A DNA stretch of 64,000 nt from Vulcanimicrobiota bacterium (GCA_050250895.1 JBFWNU010000006.1:215513-279512), one strand, 5' to 3'. Shown: positions 16,928 to 26,872, counted from the first letter of the stretch. Made by a program: numbers and translations. Notes: a model not told the origin generated them from the sequence alone.

Positions 16928-19274
16928 GAGCCTGCTGATGGTTGGATTTTCTCCCGAGGTACGCGGAGAGATCGAGCCGCTTGTGCCGGGCCTGGTGGTG
17001 GAGGTGTGTCCCCGCTCGCAGGCAGTGGCGCTGGTGAGCGCGGGTGTGTATTCGTTCGTTCTGTTCGAGGGGAAGGACCACTCCAGCGAGCTACCCGAGT
17101 TGGTAAACGACGTTCGTAAGCACGCCCAGGCTCCGCCGCCCGTCATGGCTGCCATCCTGGCCTATCAGGATAAGGCCTTTCTGTTCGAGCTGGTCAGTCG
17201 CGGTATCGCCAGGCTGTTCTACCAGCCGATCGAGATCGACGAACTGGGGCGGCAGCTGTCCTGGATGTTGGGCCTCGAGAAGCCGTCCTTGCGGCTATTC
17301 GCACCGACCGCCGAGCCCAAGGAGGGCTCGGACACGCTGCGCCAGGCCCTGGTGGCTGAGGCCACCCGCCAACTGCAGGAGATGGCGCGCTCGGTGCGCG
17401 AGCACAGTTTCGAGCCCCGCCGCGCCGAGCACCGCGAGCGCCTACGAAAGCTGGTGGGCAGTCTGGGGTCGTTCGGCTTCGTCGATTGCTCGGCCCTGGT
17501 TCGCCGTCTCGAGAATCTATTGCGTCTGGAGCGCGCACTCACGGCCGAGCAAGACGAGCATTTCTTGTCTTTGACCGCAGAAGTGTTGGAATTGTTGGTG
17601 GCGCCCACCCCCGACAATCCTATCGTGGCGCAGGCATCGTCGCTACCCACCATTCTGGTGAGCTCGCACGACACCAGCTTGCGGACGCAGCTGGCGGCCG
17701 AGGCCTCGTCGCATCGCCTGCGGGTGCTCGACGTGCCGCCCGCCCAGTTGGAAGGGGTGTTGGCCGGGACGGCTCCGGACGGTCTGATTGTGGATTTTAG
17801 CCGCTTCTCGTCTCAAGAGGTGGCGGACATCGGTCCCCGCCTCAAGGCAGCCGGGTGCCCTATTCTCGGCCTGGCCGAGCAACCCCGGCTGCAAGAGCGG
17901 GCCGAGATCGCCTCGGCCGGCGTGACCGCCCTGCTGGAGAAGCCGGTGGAAGCCAGCCATCTGCTCGAGAAGCTTCAAGAGCTCCTGACCATTCCGGCTT
18001 TCACCCGCATCGTGGCCATGGACGATGACCCCGTTTTTCTGGCCAGCCTCGAAGCCATGCTGATGCCGCTGCGGGCCCACTTTACGCCGGTGTCGACCGA
18101 CCAGGCTCTGTGGGAGGCAGTCGAAACCAAGAACCCCGACCTGGTCATTTTGGACATCGGCGTACCCGGGACCGACGGCATCAAGCTCTGCCGCACGCTG
18201 CGAGCCGACCCTCGTTTTGCCGAACTAGCGGTCATCTTGATTTCGGCCAACGTCACGGCCGAGGCCCGGCGCCGCACCTACGAGGCCGGAGCCGACGATT
18301 GCGTCTCGAAGTCGATCGGCACGGTCGAACTCCGGACCCGCATCGCTACCCGGTTGCGGCGGGCCAAAGCCAGCCGCAAGCTCGAAGTCGATGAGTTGAC
18401 CCAGGTCATGACCCGAGCCCCGGCCATCAAGGCCTTGCGGCACCTCTTGACTTTAGGCCGCCGCCGGATGTTTCCGGTGTCGCTTGCGATCATCGACCTC
18501 GATCACTTCAAGCAGGTCAACGATACCCACGGGCATCCGGTGGGTGACCAGGTGCTGCGCGGCACCGCCCGGATTCTCAAGCAATCTTTCCGGGCCGAGG
18601 ATGTGGTCTCTCGCTGGGGAGGCGAAGAGTTCGTGGTGGGCATGCTGATGATGACCCGAGCCCAGGCGGCCCGCCGCATGCGAGACGTGCTCGAGCGATT
18701 GCAGCTAGAGAATTTTCACGGCCAGGACGGTAGCGAATTCAAGGTCAGTTTCAGTTGCGGAGTGGCCCAGTTTCCAGAAGACGGTATGGAGTTGGAAAGC
18801 CTTTATCGAGAGGCCGATCGCGGCCTTTATCTGGCCAAGGAAGGCGGTCGTTGTCAGGTGGTCGAGTCGATGCCTGAACAGCCACTGCCGACCACCGACC
18901 GCTTTGACGTCGTGCTGGTCGAAGAGGACCATCCCCTGGGCACCGTGGTCGCCGACTCCCTCGAGGGCCTGGGCTTGAGTGTTCACTGGATTCGCGAAGG
19001 TCGAGCCGTGCTCGAGTCGTTAGCCGGGCCCATTCCCAAGGTGCGCGGTAGGGTGATCGTGCTCGATAACGACCTGGCCGACGGGGGTGGGCTGGAGTTG
19101 CTGGCCAAACTGGCCCAGGATCAGGTGGTCGAGCAGTCGCAGGTGATCACCCTCAGCGGACAGATGAATGAAAAAGATGTGGTGGCGGCTTTCGAGATGG
19201 GCGTCCAGGACCATGTGTCCAAGCCGTTCATCCTACCCGTGCTGGTGCGGCGCATCGAGCGTGCTCTCGGCTAA
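16896..19274 (+). CDS. Multi-receiver diguanylate cyclase (REC-like, Hpt-like, REC-like, REC, GGDEF, REC)
   Basis: DLDHFKQVNDTHGHPVGD, RAED I-site, RWGGEEF; REC motif LVILDIGVPG. Confidence 0.92.
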   Translation: MATGKTQTAAKSLLMVGFSPEVRGEIEPLVPGLVVEVCPRSQAVALVSAGVYSFVLFEGKDHSSELPELVNDVRKHAQAPPPVMAAILAYQDKAFLFELVSRGIARLFYQPIEIDELGRQLSWMLGLEKPSLRLFAPTAEPKEGSDTLRQALVAEATRQLQEMARSVREHSFEPRRAEHRERLRKLVGSLGSFGFVDCSALVRRLENLLRLERALTAEQDEHFLSLTAEVLELLVAPTPDNPIVAQASSLPTILVSSHDTSLRTQLAAEASSHRLRVLDVPPAQLEGVLAGTAPDGLIVDFSRFSSQEVADIGPRLKAAGCPILGLAEQPRLQERAEIASAGVTALLEKPVEASHLLEKLQELLTIPAFTRIVAMDDDPVFLASLEAMLMPLRAHFTPVSTDQALWEAVETKNPDLVILDIGVPGTDGIKLCRTLRADPRFAELAVILISANVTAEARRRTYEAGADDCVSKSIGTVELRTRIATRLRRAKASRKLEVDELTQVMTRAPAIKALRHLLTLGRRRMFPVSLAIIDLDHFKQVNDTHGHPVGDQVLRGTARILKQSFRAEDVVSRWGGEEFVVGMLMMTRAQAARRMRDVLERLQLENFHGQDGSEFKVSFSCGVAQFPEDGMELESLYREADRGLYLAKEGGRCQVVESMPEQPLPTTDRFDVVLVEEDHPLGTVVADSLEGLGLSVHWIREGRAVLESLAGPIPKVRGRVIVLDNDLADGGGLELLAKLAQDQVVEQSQVITLSGQMNEKDVVAAFEMGVQDHVSKPFILPVLVRRIERALG

Positions 19275-19952
19275 GGAGTTGAGCAAGTTCTGTTCGGCGC
19301 CCAGCCTGGCCAGCATGCCCCTCAATCGCCCCGGCAAGGCAGCTGTGAATTGGCGGACTCGCTGGCGATAGGGCAGCTCGAGTCGCCAGGAATGGAGCAG
19401 CAGTCGCGATATTCCCAGGTGCGTCTCGAAGAGCCGGTTGTGCTCCTTGTCGCCGTGTTGGCCGTCACCCAGGACGGGGAAGCCGGCACTTCTGAGGTGG
19501 CGACGGATTTGGTGATGGATCCCGCGTTCGGGATAGGCCACGATCAGGGCGTAGCGAGCCGTGGCGAACCGCTGGTTAGGCCACGGCTGTTCGAACCTGG
19601 CCAGCGTTTCGGTGCGAGTTACGGCGGTTTTTTGGTCGAGCAGAGCGTCGATGCTGAGGGGCTCGGGCCAACCTCGAACCAGCGCTAAATAGGTCTTGGT
19701 TACCTGTTGATTCTGGAAAGCCAGGCTCAGTTCGCGAGCAGCCTCACGAGTGCGGCCGAGTACGATTACCCCGGAAGTGCCGCGGTCAAGACGGTTGACC
19801 GGGAAGACCGGGCCGTGTAGTTGCTGCTTGAGGCAGTCTAAGAGGGTGTAAGAGTCGCGGGCTTGTTGGGAGCGGTGAATGACCAGCCCCGAAGGCTTAT
19901 CCACCACCAGCAGGTCGTCGGTCGAGCAGAGAATCTTGATGGTTCTCGGCAT
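19233..19952 (-). CDS. RluA-family pseudouridine synthase (TruC-like)
   Basis: VVDKPSGLVIH, NRLDRGTSG, HQIRRHL, LGDGQHG, LLLHS. Confidence 0.9.
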   Translation of the reverse strand: MPRTIKILCSTDDLLVVDKPSGLVIHRSQQARDSYTLLDCLKQQLHGPVFPVNRLDRGTSGVIVLGRTREAARELSLAFQNQQVTKTYLALVRGWPEPLSIDALLDQKTAVTRTETLARFEQPWPNQRFATARYALIVAYPERGIHHQIRRHLRSAGFPVLGDGQHGDKEHNRLFETHLGISRLLLHSWRLELPYRQRVRQFTAALPGRLRGMLARLGAEQNLLNSLAESTLDAPHQHG

Positions 19953-20106
19953 GCTCGCTCAAGCCCGCCGAACAGCCGGACGATCAGGCCTCGAGCGGTT
20001 TCCAGCCGGCGGCTTCGAGCACACAAAGAGCGTCGGGGGTGACGAACCGGAAAACTTTCACCAGTCCGCTGAGGTTCTTCATCGTCAAATCTCTCATGGC
20101 TCGACT

Positions 20107-21879
20107 CTATGTCGCTGCCCGCGCGCTCGGGTTTCCGTTTTGTAAACAGGTGTCGGATCGGCTATGACCGTCGAGCTGCTCGGCCAGTTCCAGGACGTCG
20201 CACGGCCAGAGAAAGCGCGGGCGCGGGTGCACGATTCCACTGGCTTTGGAGTGGGCTCGACTGGTGAGCACGGCCGACAACCAGCCCGGGGCCACCGCTT
20301 GGCGGCCACCGAACGCCCCTAGCAAAGCCCCGGCGATGGCCGCATTGGTGTCGGCGTCGCCACCTTGGCGGGCGGTGTCGACGAGGGCCTCCATCAGAGG
20401 GCGACCACTCATCAACTGATAGAAGGCGTTGTGAAACGCGATTTTGATCCAACCGGCCTGGTGGAGATAGGTGGGCGGGGGGCCGACCAGGGCCGCGTCG
20501 AGCAGTTCGCGCACGGGGTAATCGGCCACCCCGTAGGCTTGGTCTAGAGCCTGCGCAGGGTTGGCCCCCTCGAGGCCCGCCGCCAGCGCCGTCAGGTAGG
20601 CCGCGCAGCACTCTCCACAGAGCGGATTGGCGTGGGTCAAGGCCGAGTCGAGGCGGGCTTGCTGGCCCAGTTGGTCGCCGCGATAAGCCAGGGCCAGCGG
20701 GCTACAGCGCATCAGCGAGCCGTTGGCCTGAGAATCGACGCTGACGAGGCCCAGCTTCAAAGCCGAATAGGTCGTACGTCCGATGTCGAAGGGGCGCGAC
20801 TCATACCAGTATTGATAAGCAAGCGAGGCCGTGGTTCCCCCAATGAGGGCGCGGGCCAGGCACAGAGCCATCTCGGAGTCGTCGGTGGGTTGCCCCGCCA
20901 GCAGAGAGAAGGGACCTTTGCCGTCCACTGGACGGCCCGGCCCGTCGGGAAAATCGCGGGCAATCTGCTGGGGGGTGGAGAATTCGGTTTGAGAGCCCAG
21001 CGAGTCGCCGACCAGTTGACCCAGCATTGCCCCCTGGAGCCGCGAGAGACGGTCGGGATCGCTGACCCGATGATGGGCCCGCACCGGGTAGGGTAGGGGA
21101 GACTGGTTGGGCCGGGTTTGGAAGACCGTTGTCCAGGGGCGGCGGGAGAGTTCTTGGCGGCCCGCAAACAACCAGCCGGATCGCGAACGGGCTTGAGTGT
21201 CGTAGCTGACGACCTGGCCGTCCTGGTTGTAGAGTTCGAGCCCGGCGGCCCGCAGTAGCGCGTGGCAAGCGGCGTAGTCGTGGGCCTGAGTCGGGCTCAG
21301 CGAGACCCCGGCGGTGCCCTCGCCAGCGGCCACCAGGGCGAAACGATAGGCTACGCTCGGCATGGTGCGGTAGCGTCCTCCATCGAGGCAGTCGAGATTG
21401 GCCTCGACGTTCTCGTCGCCTGCCTGCGAGATCAGGGTGACCGAGTGCGGAGGGCGCACCAGCGGGCCGGGCCACCGCTGCAACTGCTGGCCCCGAGCCC
21501 AGCTGATGAGGTCGCCGCGGTCGTCGGGGTAGGTGGGCGAGAAGACCACGCCCAGAACCGGCTCTCGATCCTCGATCAGGGCCACGGCCACCGAGCTGCC
21601 GCGATAGCCGGCCAGGAAGGCGGCCGTCCCGTCTTGCGGGTCGATGACCCACCAGCGCTTGGGGTGGCGAGGATTGCACAGCTCCCCAAGCTCCTCGCCC
21701 CGGAGGCTGCAATCGCCATCGAGCTCCAGCAGGCGGTCGCGCAGAAAGCGTTCCACCTCGACATCGATGGCGGCTTTGTCGCCGCTGCCGCGAGGGCCCC
21801 CCGGGCGGTGAAACTCGGCTCGGATCATGGCGCCCGCCTGGCGGACTGCCTCGATAACTCCATCCAGTAGTGGTTTCAT
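20107..21879 (-). CDS. Inositol monophosphatase-family / ADP-ribosylglycohydrolase fusion
   Basis: N-terminal GEE, WVIDPQDGTAAF, HDYAA; C-terminal GDSLG, PTDDSEM, NGSLMR, LTH, GGDADTNAAIAGALLGA. Confidence 0.92.
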   Translation of the reverse strand: MKPLLDGVIEAVRQAGAMIRAEFHRPGGPRGSGDKAAIDVEVERFLRDRLLELDGDCSLRGEELGELCNPRHPKRWWVIDPQDGTAAFLAGYRGSSVAVALIEDREPVLGVVFSPTYPDDRGDLISWARGQQLQRWPGPLVRPPHSVTLISQAGDENVEANLDCLDGGRYRTMPSVAYRFALVAAGEGTAGVSLSPTQAHDYAACHALLRAAGLELYNQDGQVVSYDTQARSRSGWLFAGRQELSRRPWTTVFQTRPNQSPLPYPVRAHHRVSDPDRLSRLQGAMLGQLVGDSLGSQTEFSTPQQIARDFPDGPGRPVDGKGPFSLLAGQPTDDSEMALCLARALIGGTTASLAYQYWYESRPFDIGRTTYSALKLGLVSVDSQANGSLMRCSPLALAYRGDQLGQQARLDSALTHANPLCGECCAAYLTALAAGLEGANPAQALDQAYGVADYPVRELLDAALVGPPPTYLHQAGWIKIAFHNAFYQLMSGRPLMEALVDTARQGGDADTNAAIAGALLGAFGGRQAVAPGWLSAVLTSRAHSKASGIVHPRPRFLWPCDVLELAEQLDGHSRSDTCLQNGNPSARAAT

Positions 21880-22421
21880 AGCTTCCTCACATAGGCCACC
21901 GGAACCCGGTCGGTTAGATACACATTGTTTTCGGAACGATAAAAGACGAAGCCCTGAGCGTGCATCCGCCCGGCGTCGACTGCCAGCACCAGCAGCGTCT
22001 CGCGACGGTGGCGACTGCCCACGTTGCGGGCGGTAGCCACCTCGGTCGAAAGGTGGACGTGGTGGCGAGCCATCGGTAAGAGGGCGCCGCTTTGTTGAAT
22101 CCGCTCGAAGCGTTGCTCGGTGGTGCCGTGATAAAGGCTTGGGGGCGGGATGACCGGGGTGGGGTCGAAGGCCCTCACCTCGACCGAATGACCCTGATTG
22201 GCTCGGATTTTCCCCTCTCGTAGCGAATAACGGCCTTTGTCGTCAGCTTCCACCAGCTGTTCCAAGCCGCGGCGGTCGAGTTCCCATCCTTTGACCACTT
22301 TGAGTTGCTCGAGCAGATAGGCCGCGTCGGTCCAACCGTGCTCGTCGAGTTCGATTCCCAGGTCATCGGGTCGGTGACGCAGAGCGTAAGCGAGATATTT
22401 AGCGAGGGCGTGGCGAGTCAT
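21876..22421 (-). CDS. kptA: RNA 2'-phosphotransferase (Tpt1/KptA)
   Basis: ALRHRP, DDKGRY, IRANQGHS, LYHGT, RHHVHLS, SENNVYL. Confidence 0.95.
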   Translation of the reverse strand: MTRHALAKYLAYALRHRPDDLGIELDEHGWTDAAYLLEQLKVVKGWELDRRGLEQLVEADDKGRYSLREGKIRANQGHSVEVRAFDPTPVIPPPSLYHGTTEQRFERIQQSGALLPMARHHVHLSTEVATARNVGSRHRRETLLVLAVDAGRMHAQGFVFYRSENNVYLTDRVPVAYVRKL

Positions 22422-22457
22422 GGTGTATATGATACACTATTTGGAAATCCATGGCAA
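22422..22457 (-). promoter_or_regulatory. Sigma70-type promoter for kptA, probably leaderless
   Basis: TTGCCA(22457-22452)-N17-TATCAT(22434-22429)-N7-ATG. Confidence 0.7.
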
Positions 22458-22572
22458 CCCGTTGGAGATTTACATCAAGTTCATACTCCCTGCCTGCTTC
22501 CATCATACGTTGAGGGCGACCCAAGACGCCAAACATCGTCGGGCCGACGATTTCACCGAGGAGATAGAACCC

Positions 22573-24267
22573 ATGCAGGCTTTGCAGTCCGTCCAGCCTT
22601 CGCTCGCTTTCACCAGTCACCGCGCGGTGGCCCCCGCCCGGGTAGAAACCCCTGCCGAGAACGGCGACACCTTCCGTCCCGCCGACGATCAGCAGCCCCC
22701 GCCACCCCCTCCGCCGCCGGCGAACATCAGTCACTATTACTACAGCCAGGACAGCCTGGCCGAGCAGCTCAAGACCGACCAGTTCCCGGCCGCCGGTATC
22801 GAAGCCGGGCCGTCCAACTCGCGCCTGCGAGTGGTCGACAGCGAGCACGAGACGGCTGCCCCTGATGAGCAGGGCAACATGCTTTATCTGCCCAACGACC
22901 CGCGCTTCAACCAGGTGCAGAGCTTCGTAGCTGCCAATCGCGCCCAGAGCTTCTTCACCGAGATGCTGGGCCGCGAGCCCGAGTGGGCTTTCGGCTCGCC
23001 GCAGCTCGATATCAACCCCTTTGGCGGCGATATGCTCAACGCCTACTACAGTCGGAGTGACGGCTCGGTCAACTTCTTCCAGCATTTCGACGCTCGCATG
23101 AACAAGACGGTCGACTCTGGCCTATCGGCCGAGGTCGTCTACCACGAGCTGGGCCACGCTTTGCTCGACGCCGTCCGTCCGGGCTGGATCAGCTCCTACC
23201 GTGGCGCCACCGGCGGCATTCATGAGGGCTTCGGCGATATGCTGAGCATCATGGTCGGCTTGCGTGACGAGCGCAACCTCGACAAGGTCATCGCCGAGAC
23301 CGGCGGCGACCTGTGGAAAGACAACTCCATTTCGCGTCTGGCTGAAGAGCTGGGCCGCGCCATCTGGGATGAGACCGGCACCGAGCGCCCCCACCACGAC
23401 TATCTGCGCAACGCTCGCAACGGCCTCATCAACGCCGATCCCTCCACCTTGCCCTGGCGTCCGCCCGCCGAAGATCAACTGGGCGCCGAGCCGCACAACT
23501 ATTCACGAGTGGCTTCCGCCGCCGTCTACGACGTGCTGGCTTCGCTCAACCAGCAGTTCCAGGCTCAGGGCTTCGGAGTCCGCGAGTCGATCGAAAAGGC
23601 CCGGGACATCACCGCCAAGATGGTGATCAAAGGCTTCGAATTCTGCCCGCCCGGCAGTCTTCCCAGCTACGGTCACTTTGCAGCCGGAATGCTGGCCGTT
23701 GACGCCAGCGAGTTCGGGGGCAAATACCACGACACCGTGGCCAACATGATGGCCGCTCGTAACATCATTCCTCCCGCTCCCGAGCCCCCGCCGCAGGGCA
23801 TCGCCCTGCCCGAGAACGTCAACGCTGCCAGCGCCCAGGCGCTGCTCGAGGACAAGCGCGAGGCGCTGGGCGTGCCGGCCGGCTTGAACCTGGCGGTGGA
23901 GAAGATCAAGACCAACGAAGAGGGCCAGACCTTCGTGACCTACACCTACTCCAAAGACATCGATGTGGCTGAGGCCTCTGGGGTCGAGAACGCCATCGTC
24001 AAAGAGCAGGGGGGATTGACCCTGGCCTTCGACGCCGACGGCAAGCTCTTCTTCAAGACCCTCAACGAGATCAAGCCTCAAGATGAAGCCGAGATCCGCG
24101 AGTCGGTCAAGAAGAACGTCGAAGAGGGTGCCATCCACACCCACTCGATCTTCAATTCGCTGCCCGGCACCAGCAAGCTCTTCAAGAGCCAGCACGTTCC
24201 TTTCCGCGGCTATGTTGCCCACGAGAACGGCCAGGTCGTGCTCAAGAAGTCGCCTATTATCGACTAG
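22573..24267 (+). CDS. Zinc metalloprotease, M4/M36 (gluzincin) type
   Basis: LNAYYS, VYHELGHA, IHEGFGD, EPHNYS; GAGGAG RBS; no Sec signal peptide. Confidence 0.88.
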   Translation: MQALQSVQPSLAFTSHRAVAPARVETPAENGDTFRPADDQQPPPPPPPPANISHYYYSQDSLAEQLKTDQFPAAGIEAGPSNSRLRVVDSEHETAAPDEQGNMLYLPNDPRFNQVQSFVAANRAQSFFTEMLGREPEWAFGSPQLDINPFGGDMLNAYYSRSDGSVNFFQHFDARMNKTVDSGLSAEVVYHELGHALLDAVRPGWISSYRGATGGIHEGFGDMLSIMVGLRDERNLDKVIAETGGDLWKDNSISRLAEELGRAIWDETGTERPHHDYLRNARNGLINADPSTLPWRPPAEDQLGAEPHNYSRVASAAVYDVLASLNQQFQAQGFGVRESIEKARDITAKMVIKGFEFCPPGSLPSYGHFAAGMLAVDASEFGGKYHDTVANMMAARNIIPPAPEPPPQGIALPENVNAASAQALLEDKREALGVPAGLNLAVEKIKTNEEGQTFVTYTYSKDIDVAEASGVENAIVKEQGGLTLAFDADGKLFFKTLNEIKPQDEAEIRESVKKNVEEGAIHTHSIFNSLPGTSKLFKSQHVPFRGYVAHENGQVVLKKSPIID

Positions 24268-24272
24268 TCGTC

Positions 24273-24303
24273 AGACGGTAGTCTAGAGACGGTAGACGGT
24301 TAG
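24273..24303 (+). repeat. Heptamer repeat (TAGACGG)-like
   Basis: AGACGGT at 24273, 24287 and 24294 in period-7 register. Confidence 0.7.
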
Positions 24304-24305
24304 GG

Positions 24306-24340
24306 AAGGTGCCAGTCCTCGGACTGGCGCCTTTCTTTTT
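24306..24340 (+). terminator. Rho-independent terminator after the metalloprotease
   Basis: AAGGTGCCAGTC-CTCG-GACTGGCGCCTT followed by TCTTTTT. Confidence 0.85.
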
Positions 24341-24609
24341 GGACGGTGCCCTGGCGCGTGATAGATACCGCCGAGATCGCCAAGCGCCCACTGGCGAGCC
24401 ACCTCGAGCCGCCTCACGACAGGCCACCCAACCTCAAAGATGCCCCCGCCCAGCGACTCATACAACCTCGGCGCCTCGGCGCCTTTGCGGTTTTCCAAAA
24501 GGCGCCACCGAACGCCCGGAGCACGATTCTATAGGAAAATCCTAACCGTGCGTTTACACGGGCGGGGACGACTTGTAACAAGTTTGTAATGTTTCCAAGC
24601 AGCCCTCCA

Positions 24610-24637
24610 TAAACGATTCCAACTTGCGGGCCGACAA
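24610..24637 (+). promoter_or_regulatory. Sigma28 (FliA/SigD)-like promoter
   Basis: TAAA(24610-24613)-N16-GCCGACAA(24630-24637), close to consensus TAAA-N15/16-GCCGATAA. Confidence 0.6.
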
Positions 24638-24671
24638 TGGAATTAATAATAACGCGAGCGGAGTGATCGGT

Positions 24672-25403
24672 TTGAACTTTGGAATGAACAACATCGGGGG
24701 CGGCTTCATGCCCCAGATGAATGGAATGAATAACAATCCCTTCGGCCAGATGTTCCAACTGGTGATGGGCCTCTTGATGGGGATGCTCACCGGCGGACTG
24801 ATGGGCGGATTGATGGACCCCCGTAACGGCGGGGCCTTTGCCCCGGGGATGAACCCTGGATTTGGGGGGCCGGGCGGCTGCGGTTGCCCCGGCTCGGGAG
24901 GCCTGGGCAACAACCTGGGCTCGTTTCTGGGTGGGCCTGGCGGCAACTTCGGGGGGCCGGGCGGCAACTACGGCGGCCCCGGCGGCAACTACGGCGCACC
25001 CAACGCCAACCCCAATACCCAGATCCCGAACTACGGACCCAATGCGTCCAAGCAGCAGATTGGCCAGATGCTCGATGCGGCCGCGGCCAAGTACGGCATC
25101 CCTCCTAACATCCTCAAAGCGGTCGCCTATCAAGAAAGTGGCTGGCGAACCAACGCTCGTTCGTTCGATGGGGGTCACGGTAAGGGAGTGATGCAGATCG
25201 ACGACCGCTTCCACCAGTTTGCCCGGACCAATGCGGTCTTCGACCCGGCCCAGAACATCGATTACGGCGCCAAGTTCCTGCGCAGCCTGTACGACAAGAC
25301 CGGTTCGTGGGAGGCTGCTCTCAAGCGCTACAACGGCGGCTCGTCCTATCCGCCCAAGATCATGTCGCTGGCCCAGCGGCAGCCCTGGCGTCAGTGGGGC
25401 TAA
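24672..25403 (+). CDS. Lytic transglycosylase (SLT domain) with Gly/Met/Asn-rich N-terminus
   Basis: AVAYQESGW, GVMQI, FDPAQNIDYGAKFL, ALKRYNGG; start may be TTG 24672 or ATG 24684. Confidence 0.9.
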   Translation: MNFGMNNIGGGFMPQMNGMNNNPFGQMFQLVMGLLMGMLTGGLMGGLMDPRNGGAFAPGMNPGFGGPGGCGCPGSGGLGNNLGSFLGGPGGNFGGPGGNYGGPGGNYGAPNANPNTQIPNYGPNASKQQIGQMLDAAAAKYGIPPNILKAVAYQESGWRTNARSFDGGHGKGVMQIDDRFHQFARTNAVFDPAQNIDYGAKFLRSLYDKTGSWEAALKRYNGGSSYPPKIMSLAQRQPWRQWG

Positions 25404-26839
25404 GGTCCCGATTTCAGCCAGGGTCGAATCTTGCGCATCAGAGTCAGCCTCAGGTCGACGCGGCCGGCCAGGTCGAACTGGGATTCCACCACGTAGCGTC
25501 GGGCTGAACCCAGGTGACGAAGCGCGCAAGAGTAGCTGATCTCGACCCCGTCTGCGTCGAGCAGGCGCAACCCGTCTAAAGCCGGCTCGAGCAGGCGGGG
25601 GTGAGCTTCGAGGCCCTCGATCAGGATCGACACGGCCCGATCCGGGCAGTCAGCGTCGTCAGGCTCGACTCGGGTGATGACGACGTTTTCTTCAGCTAAC
25701 CGAAGGTTGCCGAGAGGCTGGTCCAGCGAGCAAGCCAGCACATCCTCGAACAGATAGGTTTCGGGCTCGAGTTCGGCGTCCTCCAGCTCGAGTTCGCCAC
25801 TGCCCAGACGCTGGTAAAGCTGTTCGAGATAGGCGGCCAGTCCCGAGGCCATGACCCGCCGATGAGAGCAGTCGAAGTCGACCTCGATCACCTGGCCCAC
25901 GGTTCCCTCCGGGGTGGGGTCGAGGTCCAGGCAGATCAGATTGCCGCTGTGATCGTGGGCGATGGGCAGCCAGAGAGGGCTGGCGTAGAGCGGTTTGACC
26001 GGCCCCTCGCATTCGAGCCAGTCCAGTCGGACCTCGCCCAGGCGAGCCGTGTCGAGCATCGTTTCATAGTGGGACGCGATTTCGTCCAGATTTAGCAAGC
26101 TCCAGCCCTCGAGCAGGCCGCAGGGCGAGCTGTCATCCTGGCCCCCCTGCCAGCCAAAGAATTCCCGGACAGCCGGCGGTGGCTCCAGCCCGAGTTGGCG
26201 AAAGAACAACCTCAGCCGCGCCTCCGGGGCTCCCGGCGACAGGCTCTGGTGGACTCGCGGCGAGTTATGCTCGAGCCACTCGACCAGTCTCTCCCAGGCG
26301 GCTAAGGCGGAGGGCAGGTCTGGCCCCGATGGCAAAGGCCGTTGGTCCATCAGTTCAACCAGGAAGTCCTCCAGACTGGCGGCCACCACCTTGCGAGTGC
26401 TGCCACTTAGATCGACCTCGACCAGTTGGCCTTCAACCCCACCCTCGGCTGGCTCGAGGTCAAAGCAAAGTAGACGCGAGATGCCGTGGCGAGCCATCGG
26501 AACCCAGCCTCTAAGACCGAGCGCCGGCCGCAGAGGGCCCTGGCACTCGAGCTGCTCCCGAGGTAGGGCCTGGCCCGAGGCCAGGTTGCCCATGCGTGTC
26601 CAACATTCGAGGCTCTCTTGAAAAGAAAGCGACCACCAGTCGCCGAGCAGAGGTTGGCTGGCCGTCTCGGCCTGGCCCTGTTGCAGCGAGAAAAATTCTC
26701 GCATGGTCGGGGGAAAGCGAAAGCCGAAGCCGTTCTCCATGTATTCGATTTCGTCCGGCCTGGCCCCGGGACGCAGCTGAAGCCGCTCGCTGGAGGAGTT
26801 TTCGAGTAATCGATTCCACAGCTGCGAGAACCCGGTCAT
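25400..26839 (-). CDS. Tandem SMI1/KNR4 (SUKH) domain protein
   Basis: Two repeats: LRPGA..E/WVPMA/LCFDLEP..G..GQLV and LSPGA..E/WLPIAHDHSGNLICLDLDPTPEGTVGQVI. Confidence 0.88.
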   Translation of the reverse strand: MTGFSQLWNRLLENSSSERLQLRPGARPDEIEYMENGFGFRFPPTMREFFSLQQGQAETASQPLLGDWWSLSFQESLECWTRMGNLASGQALPREQLECQGPLRPALGLRGWVPMARHGISRLLCFDLEPAEGGVEGQLVEVDLSGSTRKVVAASLEDFLVELMDQRPLPSGPDLPSALAAWERLVEWLEHNSPRVHQSLSPGAPEARLRLFFRQLGLEPPPAVREFFGWQGGQDDSSPCGLLEGWSLLNLDEIASHYETMLDTARLGEVRLDWLECEGPVKPLYASPLWLPIAHDHSGNLICLDLDPTPEGTVGQVIEVDFDCSHRRVMASGLAAYLEQLYQRLGSGELELEDAELEPETYLFEDVLACSLDQPLGNLRLAEENVVITRVEPDDADCPDRAVSILIEGLEAHPRLLEPALDGLRLLDADGVEISYSCALRHLGSARRYVVESQFDLAGRVDLRLTLMRKIRPWLKSGP

Positions 26840-26872
26840 CCGGGCAGCTTCGCGATTAACGCTTGTGATCCC

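Noticed and set aside
24930-25000. 21-nt tandem repeats as a possible CRISPR or VNTR
   Set aside because: They encode GGPGGN(F/Y) within the SLT gene; no unique spacers and no cas genes
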